A stretch of 64,000 nucleotides of DNA from Dehalococcoidia bacterium (GTDB taxonomy: Bacteria > Chloroflexota > Dehalococcoidia > Lucifugimonadales > UBA1127). Of this stretch, positions 45,047 to 55,259 are shown piece after piece. The stretch lies in the NCBI GenBank assembly GCA_029936935.1, contig JAPYRQ010000002.1, forward strand, positions 226 to 64,225, read 5' to 3'. The stretch's first letter is position 1. Each line of letters begins with the position of its first letter. Below the pieces are notes generated by a model. That model was not told the origin of the DNA. It ran no database searches and was given only the letters and a program-made list of their open reading frames with translations. The position numbers and the translations under genes were made by a program.

Positions 45047-48000
45047 TTAATTCTCTTCGTTCTGCTCTTCTGGTTCGTCAAAGACCTCAGGCTCCCTTGC
45101 CGCGGGTGTTTCTGAGCTATCAGCGGCCTCTACGACGGGCGGATCCAACTCTGCGATGATGGCAGCGATGTCCGAATCGTCGACCTCGTCGCTGAGTACG
45201 TCACCCAGCGGTGGGTGGTGGAGCGACTCTTCAAGGTCAAACCCTTCTTCGTCACTGAGAAGCTCCATTGACAGCCCAAGTGCCTGCATCTCTTTCAGGA
45301 GGACCTGGAAGGACTCAGGAATTCCAGGGTGTATTACGTCCTCACCCTTGACGATGGCTTCATAGGTCTTCTGCCGTCCTACCACGTCGTCAGACTTCAC
45401 GGTGAGCATTTCCTGGAGGTTGTATGCAAAGCTGTATGCCTCAAGCGCCCATACTTCCATCTCACCAAATCGCTGGCCACCAAACTGAGCCTTACCACCC
45501 AACGGCTGCTGAGTAATCAAGGAGTAGGGGCCTGTTGACCTGGCGTGGATCTTGTCCTCAACCAGATGGATGAGCTTCATGATGTAAATGTAGCCAACCG
45601 TGACAGGCTGGGCGAATTCCTCGCCGGTCCGCCCGTCACGCAAGGTCATCTTGCCAAGGATGGGAGGGGTCATGGCGTGTTCACGACTCAACCGTTTGGC
45701 CTCTTTTTGAATCTCGGAGTATTCCATACCCGACGGGTCTACTCCAGCTTCGTACTTCAGCCAAGTTTCCATGCAGGCAACCCTTGCCTGACCGTGGATG
45801 TTCTCATCAAACAGATCGGCGGGCTCGTAACCTTTATCCCGAATCCAGCTGTAGACCGTATCCCAGTCAATCACTGGACTTTCCGGGTCGTGCCAGTTCA
45901 CACCGCCGGAGGTCTGAATCATCCAAACCCGACCCAACCCATCCTCGATGTCGGCGTCTGTAGCTCCATCGAATACCGGGCTGACTGCCCGGAAGCCCAT
46001 GAAGTTGGCCACCCATCCAAGATGGGTCTCCAGCACCTGTCCCAGGTTCATGCGGGAAGGTACGCCAATGGGGTTCAGGACTATCTGAGCTGGCGTGCCG
46101 TTCTCCAGGTAAGGCATGTCTTCTACCGGCAATACACGGGATACAACTCCCTTGTTGCCGTGACGACCGGCCATCTTGTCGCCGACGGTCAGCTTACGAG
46201 TCTGGGCAATCCAGACCCTTACCATGCGGTTCACGCCGGGTGAAAGTTCCTCTTTGTTCTCCCTGTCTGACACTCGAACGTCGATAATCTTCCCGCGCTC
46301 CCCGTGGGGTACGCGCATGGACGTGTCTTTCACATCACGAGCCTTCTCACCAAAGATCGCTCTCAGGAGCTTCTCTTCCGCTGTCAGTTCTGTCTCACCC
46401 TTTGGTGTGATCTTACCCACCAGGATGTCTCCAGGGCCGACTTCGGCGCCGACTCGGATGACGCCTTCTTCGTCCAGGTCACGGAGGGTCTCTTCACCGA
46501 TGTTCGGGATGTCTCGAGTGATCTCTTCATCGCCCAGCTTGGTCTGTCGGGCTTCACACTCGTACTTTTCAATATGGATGGAGGTGAACTTGTCGTCCTG
46601 AATGAGCGCCTCACCAATGATGATGGCGTCCTCATAGTTGTAGCCTTCCCAGCTCATGAAGGCCACCAGCACGTTGTGCCCCAGAGCAAGAACGCCCTGG
46701 TCTGTGGATGATGAGTCCGCAAGGGGGTCACCTACATTGACCTTCTGGCCAACGGTGACTACTGGGCGTTGGTTGACGCAAGTACTCTGGTTACTGCGAA
46801 GGAACTTCACCAGGGCGTATCGGGTATCGTTCTTGTCCTTGCCAGTGACAATGACTTCGTTACCGCTCACACCGGTGACGGTTCCTTCCGTCTCGGACAA
46901 CACCACCTGGCCGCTGTCCAGGGCCACACGTCCCTCCATGCCGGTGCCTACCAGCGGCGCCTCCGGCTTCAGGAGCGGGACTGCCTGCCGTTGCATGTTG
47001 GAACCCATCAACGCACGGTTGGCGTCGTCATGCTCCAGGAACGGGATGAGCGAAGTGGAAACGCTGACGATCTGCATCGGCGAGATGTCCATGAGTTCCA
47101 GTTCTTCAATTGACTGAATCGTCGGTAGTGAGTTTGTTCGAGTCTCTACCTTGTCGGGAATGAACTGCCCCTTGGCGTCCAGCGGGATGTTCGCCTGGGC
47201 GATAACGTGAATCTCTTCATCATCAGCCTGCATGGATAGGATGTCTTCAGGTTTGCCGGTAACAAAGGGACGCAACGCCACCTGCTGAGCAGGCATCGTT
47301 TGAAGCTGTTCCCAAATCTTCTTGGTTATCGTTTTGCCAGCTTTGACAAGAGGTTTCCCATCAGTGCCGGGAAGGTCAGCCCACACGGATCGACCCACTA
47401 GATCCTGATCGGAGGAGGGCAACTCCCTCAATACTCTTCGGTACGGCGTTTCAATAAAGCCGTACTCATTGATATGTCCGTACGTAGCCAGTGAACCCAG
47501 CAGACCAATGTTCGGGCCTTCAGGAGTCTCAATAGGACAGATGCGCCCGTAGTGGGAGTTGTGCACGTCTCGTACTTCGAATCCGGCGCGCTCCCGTGAG
47601 AGGCCTCCGGGTCCTAGCGCCGAGAGACGACGCTTGTGTGTCAACTCTGCAAGCGGGTTGGTCTGGTCCATGAACTGGGAGAGTTGTGAGCCACCGAAGA
47701 ACTCTCTTACAGCAGCAACCACCGGGCGAATGTTCACCAGCGCGGCAGGTGTGACGTTCTCCGGCTCAATGATGGTCATACGTTCTTTAATGACGCGCTC
47801 CATGCGTAGGATGCCCACGCGGAGCTGGTTCTGAATCAACTCGCCAACTGCTCGTACACGTCGGCTGCCCAGATGATCGATGTCGTCAGGCTTCCCCTGG
47901 CCGTTGCTGATGCGAATCATCTCCTTGATGACCGCTACCAGGTCTTCCTTTGTCAGAGTGCGCACTTCCGTAGGACTAGGGGAACCGAGGCGACGATTGA

Positions 48001-48946
48001 GCTTGTAGCGTCCAACCTTGCCCAGGTCATAGCGACGTGGGTTGAAAAAGAGGCTATCGAGAAGTGCGTTGGCGTTCTCAACGTTCGCGGGCTCGCCCGG
48101 TCGCAATCGGCGATAGAACTCCAGCCGTGCACCGGCCAGGATCTGAGCGCCCTCTTTGTCGTAAGGGTCGCCGGGTCGGACAAGATCCCAGAGCGATGTC
48201 AGCTCAGACTCTTTAATGTTGTCCAGCTTGTCGAAGTCCACCGGATCCTTGTCCATCGTCGCAGCGATGTACTGGTGGTCAGGGTTGTTGTCCACATCTT
48301 CGAACAGCGTGTTGATCTCGTGATCTCGTACGTAGCCCAACGCTCGCAACAATGTGGTGACGGGAGCTTTACGCTTCCGGTCAACCTTCACGGATAGGAG
48401 GTCACGTGCCCCGGTCTCAAACTCCAACCAAGCCCCGCGATAGGGGATGATCTTGGTTGAGCAAACACCTCGGCCAGTGCCGGAGTCCACATCAAGGGTG
48501 AAGTAGGCGCCAGGGGATCGAACCAATTGGCTCACTACCACACGCTCTGCACCGTTGATGATGAATGTCCCGTGGGGTGTCATGATCGGGATATCACCAA
48601 AGAAGAGCATCTGCTCCTTGATCTCTCCGGTCTCTTTCACCTTGAGCTGTCCGGTGACGTAGAGCGGAGCGGAGTAGGTGATCTCTTTCTCTCGGCACTC
48701 CCACATGTTGTACTTGGGTTCCCTGAACGCATGATCAAGAAAGCTCAAATCAAAACGATTCCCTGTGAAGTCATCAATCGGTGAGACTTCTTGTAGGAGA
48801 TCTTGGATGCCTTCTGTTTTGAACCAATCGAAAGATTCCAACTGGATCTGAATCAGGTTTGGGACATCAACGACTTTGGGTATGCTGGCGTAGGTCTTTG
48901 AAGGGATGATGGGGACGTTGTTGCGGGACGAGACGGCTAGGGTCAT
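45047..48946 (-). CDS. rpoB: DNA-directed RNA polymerase subunit beta
   Basis: 1299 aa. Conserved beta blocks ([42 protein letters not shown]) and an acidic C-terminal tail. Confidence 0.97.
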   Translation of the reverse strand: MTLAVSSRNNVPIIPSKTYASIPKVVDVPNLIQIQLESFDWFKTEGIQDLLQEVSPIDDFTGNRFDLSFLDHAFREPKYNMWECREKEITYSAPLYVTGQLKVKETGEIKEQMLFFGDIPIMTPHGTFIINGAERVVVSQLVRSPGAYFTLDVDSGTGRGVCSTKIIPYRGAWLEFETGARDLLSVKVDRKRKAPVTTLLRALGYVRDHEINTLFEDVDNNPDHQYIAATMDKDPVDFDKLDNIKESELTSLWDLVRPGDPYDKEGAQILAGARLEFYRRLRPGEPANVENANALLDSLFFNPRRYDLGKVGRYKLNRRLGSPSPTEVRTLTKEDLVAVIKEMIRISNGQGKPDDIDHLGSRRVRAVGELIQNQLRVGILRMERVIKERMTIIEPENVTPAALVNIRPVVAAVREFFGGSQLSQFMDQTNPLAELTHKRRLSALGPGGLSRERAGFEVRDVHNSHYGRICPIETPEGPNIGLLGSLATYGHINEYGFIETPYRRVLRELPSSDQDLVGRSVWADLPGTDGKPLVKAGKTITKKIWEQLQTMPAQQVALRPFVTGKPEDILSMQADDEEIHVIAQANIPLDAKGQFIPDKVETRTNSLPTIQSIEELELMDISPMQIVSVSTSLIPFLEHDDANRALMGSNMQRQAVPLLKPEAPLVGTGMEGRVALDSGQVVLSETEGTVTGVSGNEVIVTGKDKNDTRYALVKFLRSNQSTCVNQRPVVTVGQKVNVGDPLADSSSTDQGVLALGHNVLVAFMSWEGYNYEDAIIIGEALIQDDKFTSIHIEKYECEARQTKLGDEEITRDIPNIGEETLRDLDEEGVIRVGAEVGPGDILVGKITPKGETELTAEEKLLRAIFGEKARDVKDTSMRVPHGERGKIIDVRVSDRENKEELSPGVNRMVRVWIAQTRKLTVGDKMAGRHGNKGVVSRVLPVEDMPYLENGTPAQIVLNPIGVPSRMNLGQVLETHLGWVANFMGFRAVSPVFDGATDADIEDGLGRVWMIQTSGGVNWHDPESPVIDWDTVYSWIRDKGYEPADLFDENIHGQARVACMETWLKYEAGVDPSGMEYSEIQKEAKRLSREHAMTPPILGKMTLRDGRTGEEFAQPVTVGYIYIMKLIHLVEDKIHARSTGPYSLITQQPLGGKAQFGGQRFGEMEVWALEAYSFAYNLQEMLTVKSDDVVGRQKTYEAIVKGEDVIHPGIPESFQVLLKEMQALGLSMELLSDEEGFDLEESLHHPPLGDVLSDEVDDSDIAAIIAELDPPVVEAADSSETPAAREPEVFDEPEEQNEEN

Positions 48947-49084
48947 ATAGCTTACGCTCCTTCACAGCGAGTCCTTTGACGTGACCATTGAGGCATGGGT
49001 TCTACGGAAGACAGACCTTGAGGACGGTGGTGCATTCCCGGTGAAGATGAGTGTTTACTGAGGACATAACTCTACGAATAGGTA

Positions 49085-49113
49085 ACTATACGGAGATTCC
49101 CCTGGACTGTCAA
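49085..49113 (-). promoter_or_regulatory. Sigma-70-like promoter candidate for rpoBC
   Basis: On the minus strand: TTGACA, 17 nt, TATAGT (complement of 49108-49113 and 49085-49090). This predicts a leader of about 130 nt before the rpoB ATG. Confidence 0.5.
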
Positions 49114-49143
49114 GGGATTTTCTGATTAATTGCTATAATAGGG

Positions 49144-49172
49144 TTTACATTTGAAATGCCCGATGCTAGAAT
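49144..49172 (+). promoter_or_regulatory. Sigma-70-like promoter candidate for rsmD-coaD
   Basis: TTTACA (49144-49149), 17 nt, TAGAAT (49167-49172), with an upstream TGC (extended -10-like). Confidence 0.45.
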
Positions 49173-49293
49173 CGCGTCCGAATAAGCTAGTCTGAATCGA
49201 TGGTTCAACCAGCTTCAAATGAGTCCCTGTGACACCACGATGGGGTAAACGGCAGTCTCAATGCCGGTCCGTCAGTCGCTGGGAGGTAGATAC

Positions 49294-49848
49294 GTGAGCG
49301 TTCGAGTTATCGGCGGTGAAGCCAAAGGTAGATTATTGAAGTCCCCCACAGGACAGAAGACTCGTGCTACGTCCAATTTAGTTCGCTCCGCAATCTTCTC
49401 CATGCTTGAACCATACCTTGACGCCGCCAGAGTGCTGGATCTGTTTTCCGGCACAGGTGCGTTGGGCGTTGAAGCGCTGAGCCGCGGTGCGGAGTGGGTT
49501 GATTTCTTTGAGAGTGACGCCCGGCAATGCTCCGCTATCAAGGAAAATCTAAAATCCCTGGATTATGACTCCTTTGGGGCAGTGCACCGGGCTCCGGCTG
49601 AGCGTGCTAAATCGATGTTGGACGGGTCATACGATGTCATCCTGATGGACCCGCCCTACTCCTACGATAAATTGGAAACGCTTTTGGTGGAAATAGGTGA
49701 GTCCTCGCTTTCCCATTCAGGGAGCGTGATTGCTGTTGAACACTCCCGAAGGCAGGACCTTCCCGCTGAGGCGGACGGCCTTAGACTCATCAAACAACAC
49801 AGATACGGAGAGACAATGGTAACGGTTTACCAACAGGGGGGTGAGTAA
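49294..49848 (+). CDS. rsmD: 16S rRNA (guanine966-N2)-methyltransferase
   Basis: VRVIGGEAKGRLLKSP...TRATSNLVRSAIFSML...DLFSGTGALGVEALSRGA...MDPPY. I prefer the GTG start at 49294, which is preceded by GGGAGG (ORF-track ATG 49261 is the alternative). Its stop overlaps the coaD ATG (TAATG). Confidence 0.85.
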   Translation: MSVRVIGGEAKGRLLKSPTGQKTRATSNLVRSAIFSMLEPYLDAARVLDLFSGTGALGVEALSRGAEWVDFFESDARQCSAIKENLKSLDYDSFGAVHRAPAERAKSMLDGSYDVILMDPPYSYDKLETLLVEIGESSLSHSGSVIAVEHSRRQDLPAEADGLRLIKQHRYGETMVTVYQQGGE

Positions 49849-50324
49849 TGGCCACTGCCCTATACCCCGGGACATTTGACCCCATCACCAACGGGCATTT
49901 AGATGTGGTGAAACGCGCCGCACAGCTCTTCGATAAAGTCGTGATGGCTGTGTATGCAGGCTCTTTGAAGTCAGTGATGTTCTCCACGGAGGAGCGAGTA
50001 GCGTTGTGCAAAGAAGCATTGGCCGCTACCCCTAACGCAGAGACCGTTGAGTTCTCCGGGCTTGTGGTCTCCTTTGCAGAGACCATCGGCGCGGACGTGA
50101 TGTTGCGCGGCCTTAGGGCAGGCGCCGACTTTGAAAACGAGTTTGATATGGCTTTAATGAACAAGAAGCTGGCACCCCAAATAGAGACCGTCTTCTTGAT
50201 GACCGCAATGGAATGGCAGTTCTTGAGTTCGTCCCGGATTAAAGAGGTAGCCGCGCTTGGCGCTGATGTAACTGGCCTCGTACCGCCGCACGTAGTCAAA
50301 GCCCTTCAGGCCAAGCTGCACTAA
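49848..50324 (+). CDS. coaD: Phosphopantetheine adenylyltransferase
   Basis: 158 aa with the YPGTFDPITNGHLD nucleotidyltransferase motif. Confidence 0.93.
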   Translation: MATALYPGTFDPITNGHLDVVKRAAQLFDKVVMAVYAGSLKSVMFSTEERVALCKEALAATPNAETVEFSGLVVSFAETIGADVMLRGLRAGADFENEFDMALMNKKLAPQIETVFLMTAMEWQFLSSSRIKEVAALGADVTGLVPPHVVKALQAKLH

Positions 50325-50359
50325 ATGTGACCCCCCTGGGTCAGTAGATAAAAGGAGGC

Positions 50360-50902
50360 ATGATGGATCTGTTGAATTTGGTAGACAAATTGGAAACCCT
50401 GGCCACTACAAGCGGGAAGGTTCCCGGCACCCGCAAGATCCTGGTTGACCAGGAGAAGGCTCTGGAACTGGTTGACCAGATGCGCCTTGGGATTCCCAAG
50501 GACATCCAGGAGGCCGAGGAGGTGATGGCGCGACGTGAGGCCATCATCAACCAGTCACTGCTGGATGCACGACGCATCAAGAGTTCAGCAGAAGACGAAG
50601 GCCGGACCAAGGTGAACGAGAGCGAGATCGTCGCCGAAGCTCAGGCTCAGGCAGATGAGATGCTTGCAGAGGCCAAACAGCGTGCGGACGCTCTGGTGCA
50701 GGACGCCCAGAAGAAGGCGCACCAGACAATGCAAGAAGCTCAGAGCTTTGCTGACAACCGCGTAGAAGAGGCCAACCGTTACTCGCAGGAGACGCTCTAC
50801 AACCTGGAACAGCACCTTTCCATCGTGCTGAACAGCGTCCGGCGAGGCCTGGATAGCCTGGAAGACCAACCTCTCGTTTCTCAAGAAGCACAAACAGCAT
50901 AA
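50360..50902 (+). CDS. Coiled-coil protein of unknown function (ATP-synthase-b / DivIVA-like composition)
   Basis: 180 aa, highly charged Ala/Glu/Gln-rich heptad-like sequence (AEAQAQADEMLAEAKQRADALVQDAQKKAHQTMQEAQ). No catalytic motifs seen. Confidence 0.6.
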   Translation: MMDLLNLVDKLETLATTSGKVPGTRKILVDQEKALELVDQMRLGIPKDIQEAEEVMARREAIINQSLLDARRIKSSAEDEGRTKVNESEIVAEAQAQADEMLAEAKQRADALVQDAQKKAHQTMQEAQSFADNRVEEANRYSQETLYNLEQHLSIVLNSVRRGLDSLEDQPLVSQEAQTA

Positions 50903-51028
50903 ATACCAGAGGGACTGTCCATTTGGTGATGGCCCCTCTGGATGTATCTACTAGTGAGAGCCCTGACATCGACGGCGCGATGGGAGGGCTAGTTTGACGT
51001 GTGCCCAAAGTGCTGTGACGTACTACGG

Positions 51029-51056
51029 TTGACAAACCCGGCACTTCCTGTAGGAT
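51029..51056 (+). promoter_or_regulatory. Sigma-70-like promoter candidate upstream of the DAHP synthase leader
   Basis: TTGACA (51029-51034), 16 nt, TAGGAT (51051-51056). Confidence 0.4.
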
Positions 51057-51110
51057 GAGTTAGCTATGGGTAACATAATGCACTACCAGTTGACAGAGAA
51101 ATTTTATTAC

Positions 51111-51132
51111 TTTACCGGCATATTTACCGGCA
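51111..51132 (+). repeat. Perfect 10-bp direct repeat TTTACCGGCA-TA-TTTACCGGCA
   Basis: Read directly: copies at 51111-51120 and 51123-51132, inside the aroG leader. Confidence 0.85.
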
Positions 51133-51179
51133 GGGGTGGCATTGCGTAGACCCTAGAGACCCAAGAGTTTTGACGCTGA

Positions 51180-51211
51180 ACCCCCGCCGAGAATTGGACG
51201 AGGGTTTTTTT
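51180..51211 (+). terminator. Terminator-like hairpin plus U7 tract, 54 nt upstream of the aroG ATG (candidate attenuator)
   Basis: ACCCCCGCC-GAGAATT-GGACGAGGGT. This is about 9 pairs with one mismatch and one bulge. TTTTTTT follows at 51205-51211. Confidence 0.4.
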
Positions 51212-51264
51212 ATTGGGCTTTGGGCCAGATGCACAAACTCCCCGAACAATGAGGATGTGAGGTT

Positions 51265-52317
51265 ATGGAAAAAACAACAGTACAGGACGTGAACGTCGTG
51301 AGCACATCGGCCCTGGTCAGCCCCAACAGTCTTGCAGAGGAATCTCCTATCACACCGGAGATAGCTGAACACGTGGTGCATGGTCGCGGTCAGGTCAAAG
51401 CCATCATGGACGGTACGGACCCAAGGTTGCTCATGATTGTTGGCCCGTGCTCCATCCATGATGAGGCTGCGGCGCTGGAATACGCTGAACGATTAGTAGC
51501 ACTTTCCGCCAAGGTGAGTGACCGAATCATGGTGGTCATGCGTGTGTACTTTGAGAAGCCTCGCACCACTGTTGGGTGGAAGGGTTTCGTCTATGACCCT
51601 AACCTCGACGACACATTCGATATTGGGTCAGGGCTTTCACGAGCACGGGCATTGCTCACCAAACTTGGAGATATCGGCGTCTACGCAGCCACGGAGTTCC
51701 TTGACCCCATCGTGCCGCAGTATCTTGCCGACCTGGTGACATGGGCAGCCATAGGCGCACGTACTATCGAGAGCCAGACACATCGCCAGATGGCCAGCGG
51801 CCTGAGCATGCCCGTTGGATTCAAGAACAGCACGGACGGTGCCGTCCAACCTGCCGTCGACGCAATGGTGTCAGCGCGATCGCCTCATGCCTTCCTCGGC
51901 ATCGATCACGCCGGGCAGACCTGCATCGTGCAGACAAAGGGAAACCCCTTGGGACACCTGGTTCTCCGTGGCGGCAACACTGGCTCCAACTTCAGTGCTG
52001 AGGCTATCGCATTGGCTTCTGCTCGTTTGGAAAAGGCCGAGGCCAGGCCACAAATCCTTGTGGATTGCAGCCACGGAAACTCGGACAAAGACTATGCCAA
52101 GCAGGCCATCGCCTTCCGAGATGCGGTGGAGCAGCGTGCAGCAGGTACAAAGAACATGATCGGATGCATGATGGAGAGCCACCTGAACCCCGGTAAACAG
52201 GCGCTCAGCGGTGATACTTCCAAGCTGGAGTACGGCGTTTCCATCACCGATGCGTGCATCGGTTGGGACGAGACGGACTCGCTGCTGACCTGGGCCTATG
52301 ACACCATGTGCAAGTAG
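51265..52317 (+). CDS. aroG: 3-deoxy-7-phosphoheptulonate (DAHP) synthase, class I (AroF/G/H type; isoenzyme specificity unknown)
   Basis: 350 aa. It is collinear with E. coli-type DAHP synthases: VGPCSIHD, RVYFEKPRTTVGWKG, WAAIGARTIESQTHRQMASGLSMPVGFKN, ITDACIGW. Confidence 0.93.
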   Translation: MEKTTVQDVNVVSTSALVSPNSLAEESPITPEIAEHVVHGRGQVKAIMDGTDPRLLMIVGPCSIHDEAAALEYAERLVALSAKVSDRIMVVMRVYFEKPRTTVGWKGFVYDPNLDDTFDIGSGLSRARALLTKLGDIGVYAATEFLDPIVPQYLADLVTWAAIGARTIESQTHRQMASGLSMPVGFKNSTDGAVQPAVDAMVSARSPHAFLGIDHAGQTCIVQTKGNPLGHLVLRGGNTGSNFSAEAIALASARLEKAEARPQILVDCSHGNSDKDYAKQAIAFRDAVEQRAAGTKNMIGCMMESHLNPGKQALSGDTSKLEYGVSITDACIGWDETDSLLTWAYDTMCK

Positions 52318-52410
52318 GCTCGCCTTCCGCCCGGGCTTTAGCCCCAGCACATGCCAATCCAGGGCTATGCCCTGGTATACTGATGCCGTAAATCACAGGT
52401 GGGGGACGGC

Positions 52411-55251
52411 ATGACAGATACAGCATCCGATGTTCAGCAGGGGAAACTGCCGGTTGAAGAGACACCACTTCTGGTGCTCCTTGATGGCCACGCCATGGTC
52501 CACCGGGCCTTCCACGCTATCCAAAACCCCCTCACCCTCAGACGAACGGGCGAAGAAATCAGAGGCGTATACGGGTTCACGCAAATGCTCCTCAAGGCCA
52601 TTGATACGCTGAAGCCCACCCACTTGATTCTGACCTTCGACATGCCAGGGCCGACGTTTCGGCACGACATGTTCGACGAGTACAAGGCCCAACGACCAAG
52701 CATGTCCGACGAGCTGAGAGGCCAGTTCCCACACATCCGTCGACTGCTCGAGGCGTTCCACGTCCCTATCTTTGAGCTGTCGAAGTATGAAGCTGACGAC
52801 CTGCTCGGCACGCTGTCGGCGCATGCTCGCGACAAAGACGTGGATACCGTCATCATCACGGGAGACACAGACACGCTACAGCTCGTCGGGCCCCACGTGC
52901 GCGTCTTGTTACAGTACTCGACACAGAAGCAGACTCTGTATGGTGAGCCAGAGGTCGGTGAGCGTTACGGCGGATTGACTCCTGACCAGGTCATCGACCT
53001 GAAGGCGCTGTGTGGCGATACGTCCGACAATATTCCCGGCATCCCGAGCGTTGGGCCCAAGACAGCCATCAAACTCCTTCTTCAGTACGATAGCGTCCAG
53101 GGTATCTATGACCACCTGGACGAGCTACCCGCCAAGCAACAAGCTCTCTTTGAGGAACATCGTGAACGGGTATTCCAGGGCCTGACGCTGGTGACAATCG
53201 TGCGCGACGCGCCGGTAGAGTTAAGCATGGACGACTGCAAGTGGGGACAGTACGACCGCGCCGAGGTGGTGGAGGTGCTCAAAGATCTGGAGTTCTTCAG
53301 CACCATCAGCAAGATACCTCAGGGTGCCAACGATAGCGCTGGGGAAGACTCACCGCTCCAGCCGAGCTTGATGCCCGCCCCTGTAGGCGACGCAGTGGAC
53401 ACCGACTACAAGACCGTGACTGATGCCAAGTCGTTGGATGCGATGGTCAAAGAGCTTGCAGCTTCAAAGGGCTTTGCCTTTGATACGGAGACCATGCCGA
53501 TAGGTGAGGATGTGAAGGGCGTTCAGCCCATGCGCTCCGGCCTCGTCGGTCTGTCATTCTCAACGGAGAAGGGCAAGGCATGGTATGTGCCCGTCGGCCA
53601 CGCGGAGGGGACGCAGTTGACCTGGGATCAGGTATTGGAAAAGCTCCGGCCAGTGCTGGAAGACCCTAACGTCCCCAAGGCCGCACATAATGCCAACTAT
53701 GACCTCACGATGCTGGGCACGAACGGTGTGACCATTCAGGGCTTCGCCTTCGATACCATGCTTGCCGCCCACCTGCTCGGCCACAAGGCCATCGGGCTGA
53801 AGAACATGTCGCTCGACTTGCTGGGTATCGAGACGACGCCCATCGCCGACCTCATCGGCACGGGTCGCAAGATGACCACCATGGATCAGGTGTCGATCGA
53901 ACTGGTTTCGCCCTACGCCAGCGCGGACGCCGATATGACGTTCAGACTTTGGGGCATGCTAGAAGAGCGCCTGAAGACCGAAGGCCTGTTGGAACTCTTC
54001 ACCAAGGTGGAAGTGCTTCTGACGCCCATCATCGTGCAGATGCAGATTACCGGCATCGCGCTGGATGTAGGCCTCATGGAAACGATGGCGGTCTCCCTGG
54101 GCGAGCGGATAGGTACACTTGAGCAGGACTCATACGATTCCCTTGGTCACACCTTCAACCTCGCCTCTCCCAAGCAGCTTGGAGAGGTGCTGTTCGATGA
54201 GTTGAAGCTGGGTGAGATGGCAGGAATCGGTAAGCCGAAGAAGACGAAGACGGGCGGTTACTCAACCGATGCCTCTGCCCTGGAATCCCTGAGCGGTGCA
54301 CACCCGCTGGTTGATATGGTGTTGGAGTACCGACAGCTCAGCAAGCTCAAATCGACGTACGTGGACGCGCTGCCTTCGCTGGTGAACCCACGGACGGGGA
54401 AGCTGCACACGACATACAACCAGGCGGGTTCGGTGACTGGTCGATTCTCGTCCAACGACCCCAACCTCCAGAACATCCCGATACGTACAGACCTTGGCAG
54501 GCAGATACGCGTGGCCTTCCATCCGGGCGAGGAGGGCTGGCTACTCCTGGCTGCCGACTACTCGCAGATCGAACTTCGGGTGCTGGCCCACCTGTCGGAA
54601 GACCCAGGCTTGCTGGAAGCCTTCCGCAGCGATCAGGACATCCATGCGGCCACGGCAGCGCAGGTCTACGGTGTTGAGCTTGACCAGGTAACGCCAGACA
54701 TGCGTCGCATCGCCAAGGTGTTGAACTTCGGCATCATCTACGGACTCAGCGCCTTCGGCATCGCCCAACAGACGGAGCTGTCCATGGAAGAGGGGCGCGA
54801 CTTTATTGAGAGCTACCTGGGCCGCTATCCCAAAGTGAAGGACTACATAGAGAACACCAAGCAGATGGCTCGAGACCAGGGCTACGTGCAGACGCTGCTG
54901 GGACGCAGGCGCTATACGCCGGAGATCACCTCAAGCAACCCGCAGATACGACAGGCCACGGAGCGCGAAGCCATCAACATGCCCGTGCAGGGAACTGCGG
55001 CTGAAGCCTTGAAACTGGCGATGCTGGGCATTGACCGTCGCATGACCGAGGAGGGTTTCAAGAGCCACCTGCTCCTGCAAGTGCACGACGAGCTTATCTT
55101 CGAGACACCGCCCGACGAGATTGAGGATTTGAAGTCGCTGCTGCTGGACGTCATGCCCCGCGCCATGGAGCTTGCACCTACGCCGGTGGAGTTCGCGGTG
55201 CCGTTGAAGGTGGCCACCAAGGCCGGCTCCAATTGGGGCGAGTTGGAGTAG
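52411..55251 (+). CDS. polA: DNA polymerase I
   Basis: Contains a 5'-nuclease domain (LLDGHAMVHRAFHA), a 3'-5' exonuclease domain (FDTETM) and family A polymerase motifs (DYSQIELRVLAH, RRIAKVLNFGIIYG, QVHDEL). ATG 52411 is preferred over the GTG at 52399. Confidence 0.95.
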   Translation: MTDTASDVQQGKLPVEETPLLVLLDGHAMVHRAFHAIQNPLTLRRTGEEIRGVYGFTQMLLKAIDTLKPTHLILTFDMPGPTFRHDMFDEYKAQRPSMSDELRGQFPHIRRLLEAFHVPIFELSKYEADDLLGTLSAHARDKDVDTVIITGDTDTLQLVGPHVRVLLQYSTQKQTLYGEPEVGERYGGLTPDQVIDLKALCGDTSDNIPGIPSVGPKTAIKLLLQYDSVQGIYDHLDELPAKQQALFEEHRERVFQGLTLVTIVRDAPVELSMDDCKWGQYDRAEVVEVLKDLEFFSTISKIPQGANDSAGEDSPLQPSLMPAPVGDAVDTDYKTVTDAKSLDAMVKELAASKGFAFDTETMPIGEDVKGVQPMRSGLVGLSFSTEKGKAWYVPVGHAEGTQLTWDQVLEKLRPVLEDPNVPKAAHNANYDLTMLGTNGVTIQGFAFDTMLAAHLLGHKAIGLKNMSLDLLGIETTPIADLIGTGRKMTTMDQVSIELVSPYASADADMTFRLWGMLEERLKTEGLLELFTKVEVLLTPIIVQMQITGIALDVGLMETMAVSLGERIGTLEQDSYDSLGHTFNLASPKQLGEVLFDELKLGEMAGIGKPKKTKTGGYSTDASALESLSGAHPLVDMVLEYRQLSKLKSTYVDALPSLVNPRTGKLHTTYNQAGSVTGRFSSNDPNLQNIPIRTDLGRQIRVAFHPGEEGWLLLAADYSQIELRVLAHLSEDPGLLEAFRSDQDIHAATAAQVYGVELDQVTPDMRRIAKVLNFGIIYGLSAFGIAQQTELSMEEGRDFIESYLGRYPKVKDYIENTKQMARDQGYVQTLLGRRRYTPEITSSNPQIRQATEREAINMPVQGTAAEALKLAMLGIDRRMTEEGFKSHLLLQVHDELIFETPPDEIEDLKSLLLDVMPRAMELAPTPVEFAVPLKVATKAGSNWGELE

Positions 55252-55259
55252 GTGTCTGG

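Noticed and set aside
50906-50941. Hairpin CCAGAGGG...CCCTCTGG right after the coiled-coil gene, as a terminator.
   Set aside because: It has only an 8-bp stem with a 20-nt loop and no U-tract. That is too weak to call.
51094-51098. AGAGA sequence in the aroG leader as the T-box AGAGA/K-turn box.
   Set aside because: It lies only about 35 nt upstream of the T-box-like core, which leaves no room for a Stem I with a specifier loop. It is probably coincidental, and the T-box idea is therefore reported only as a hypothesis.
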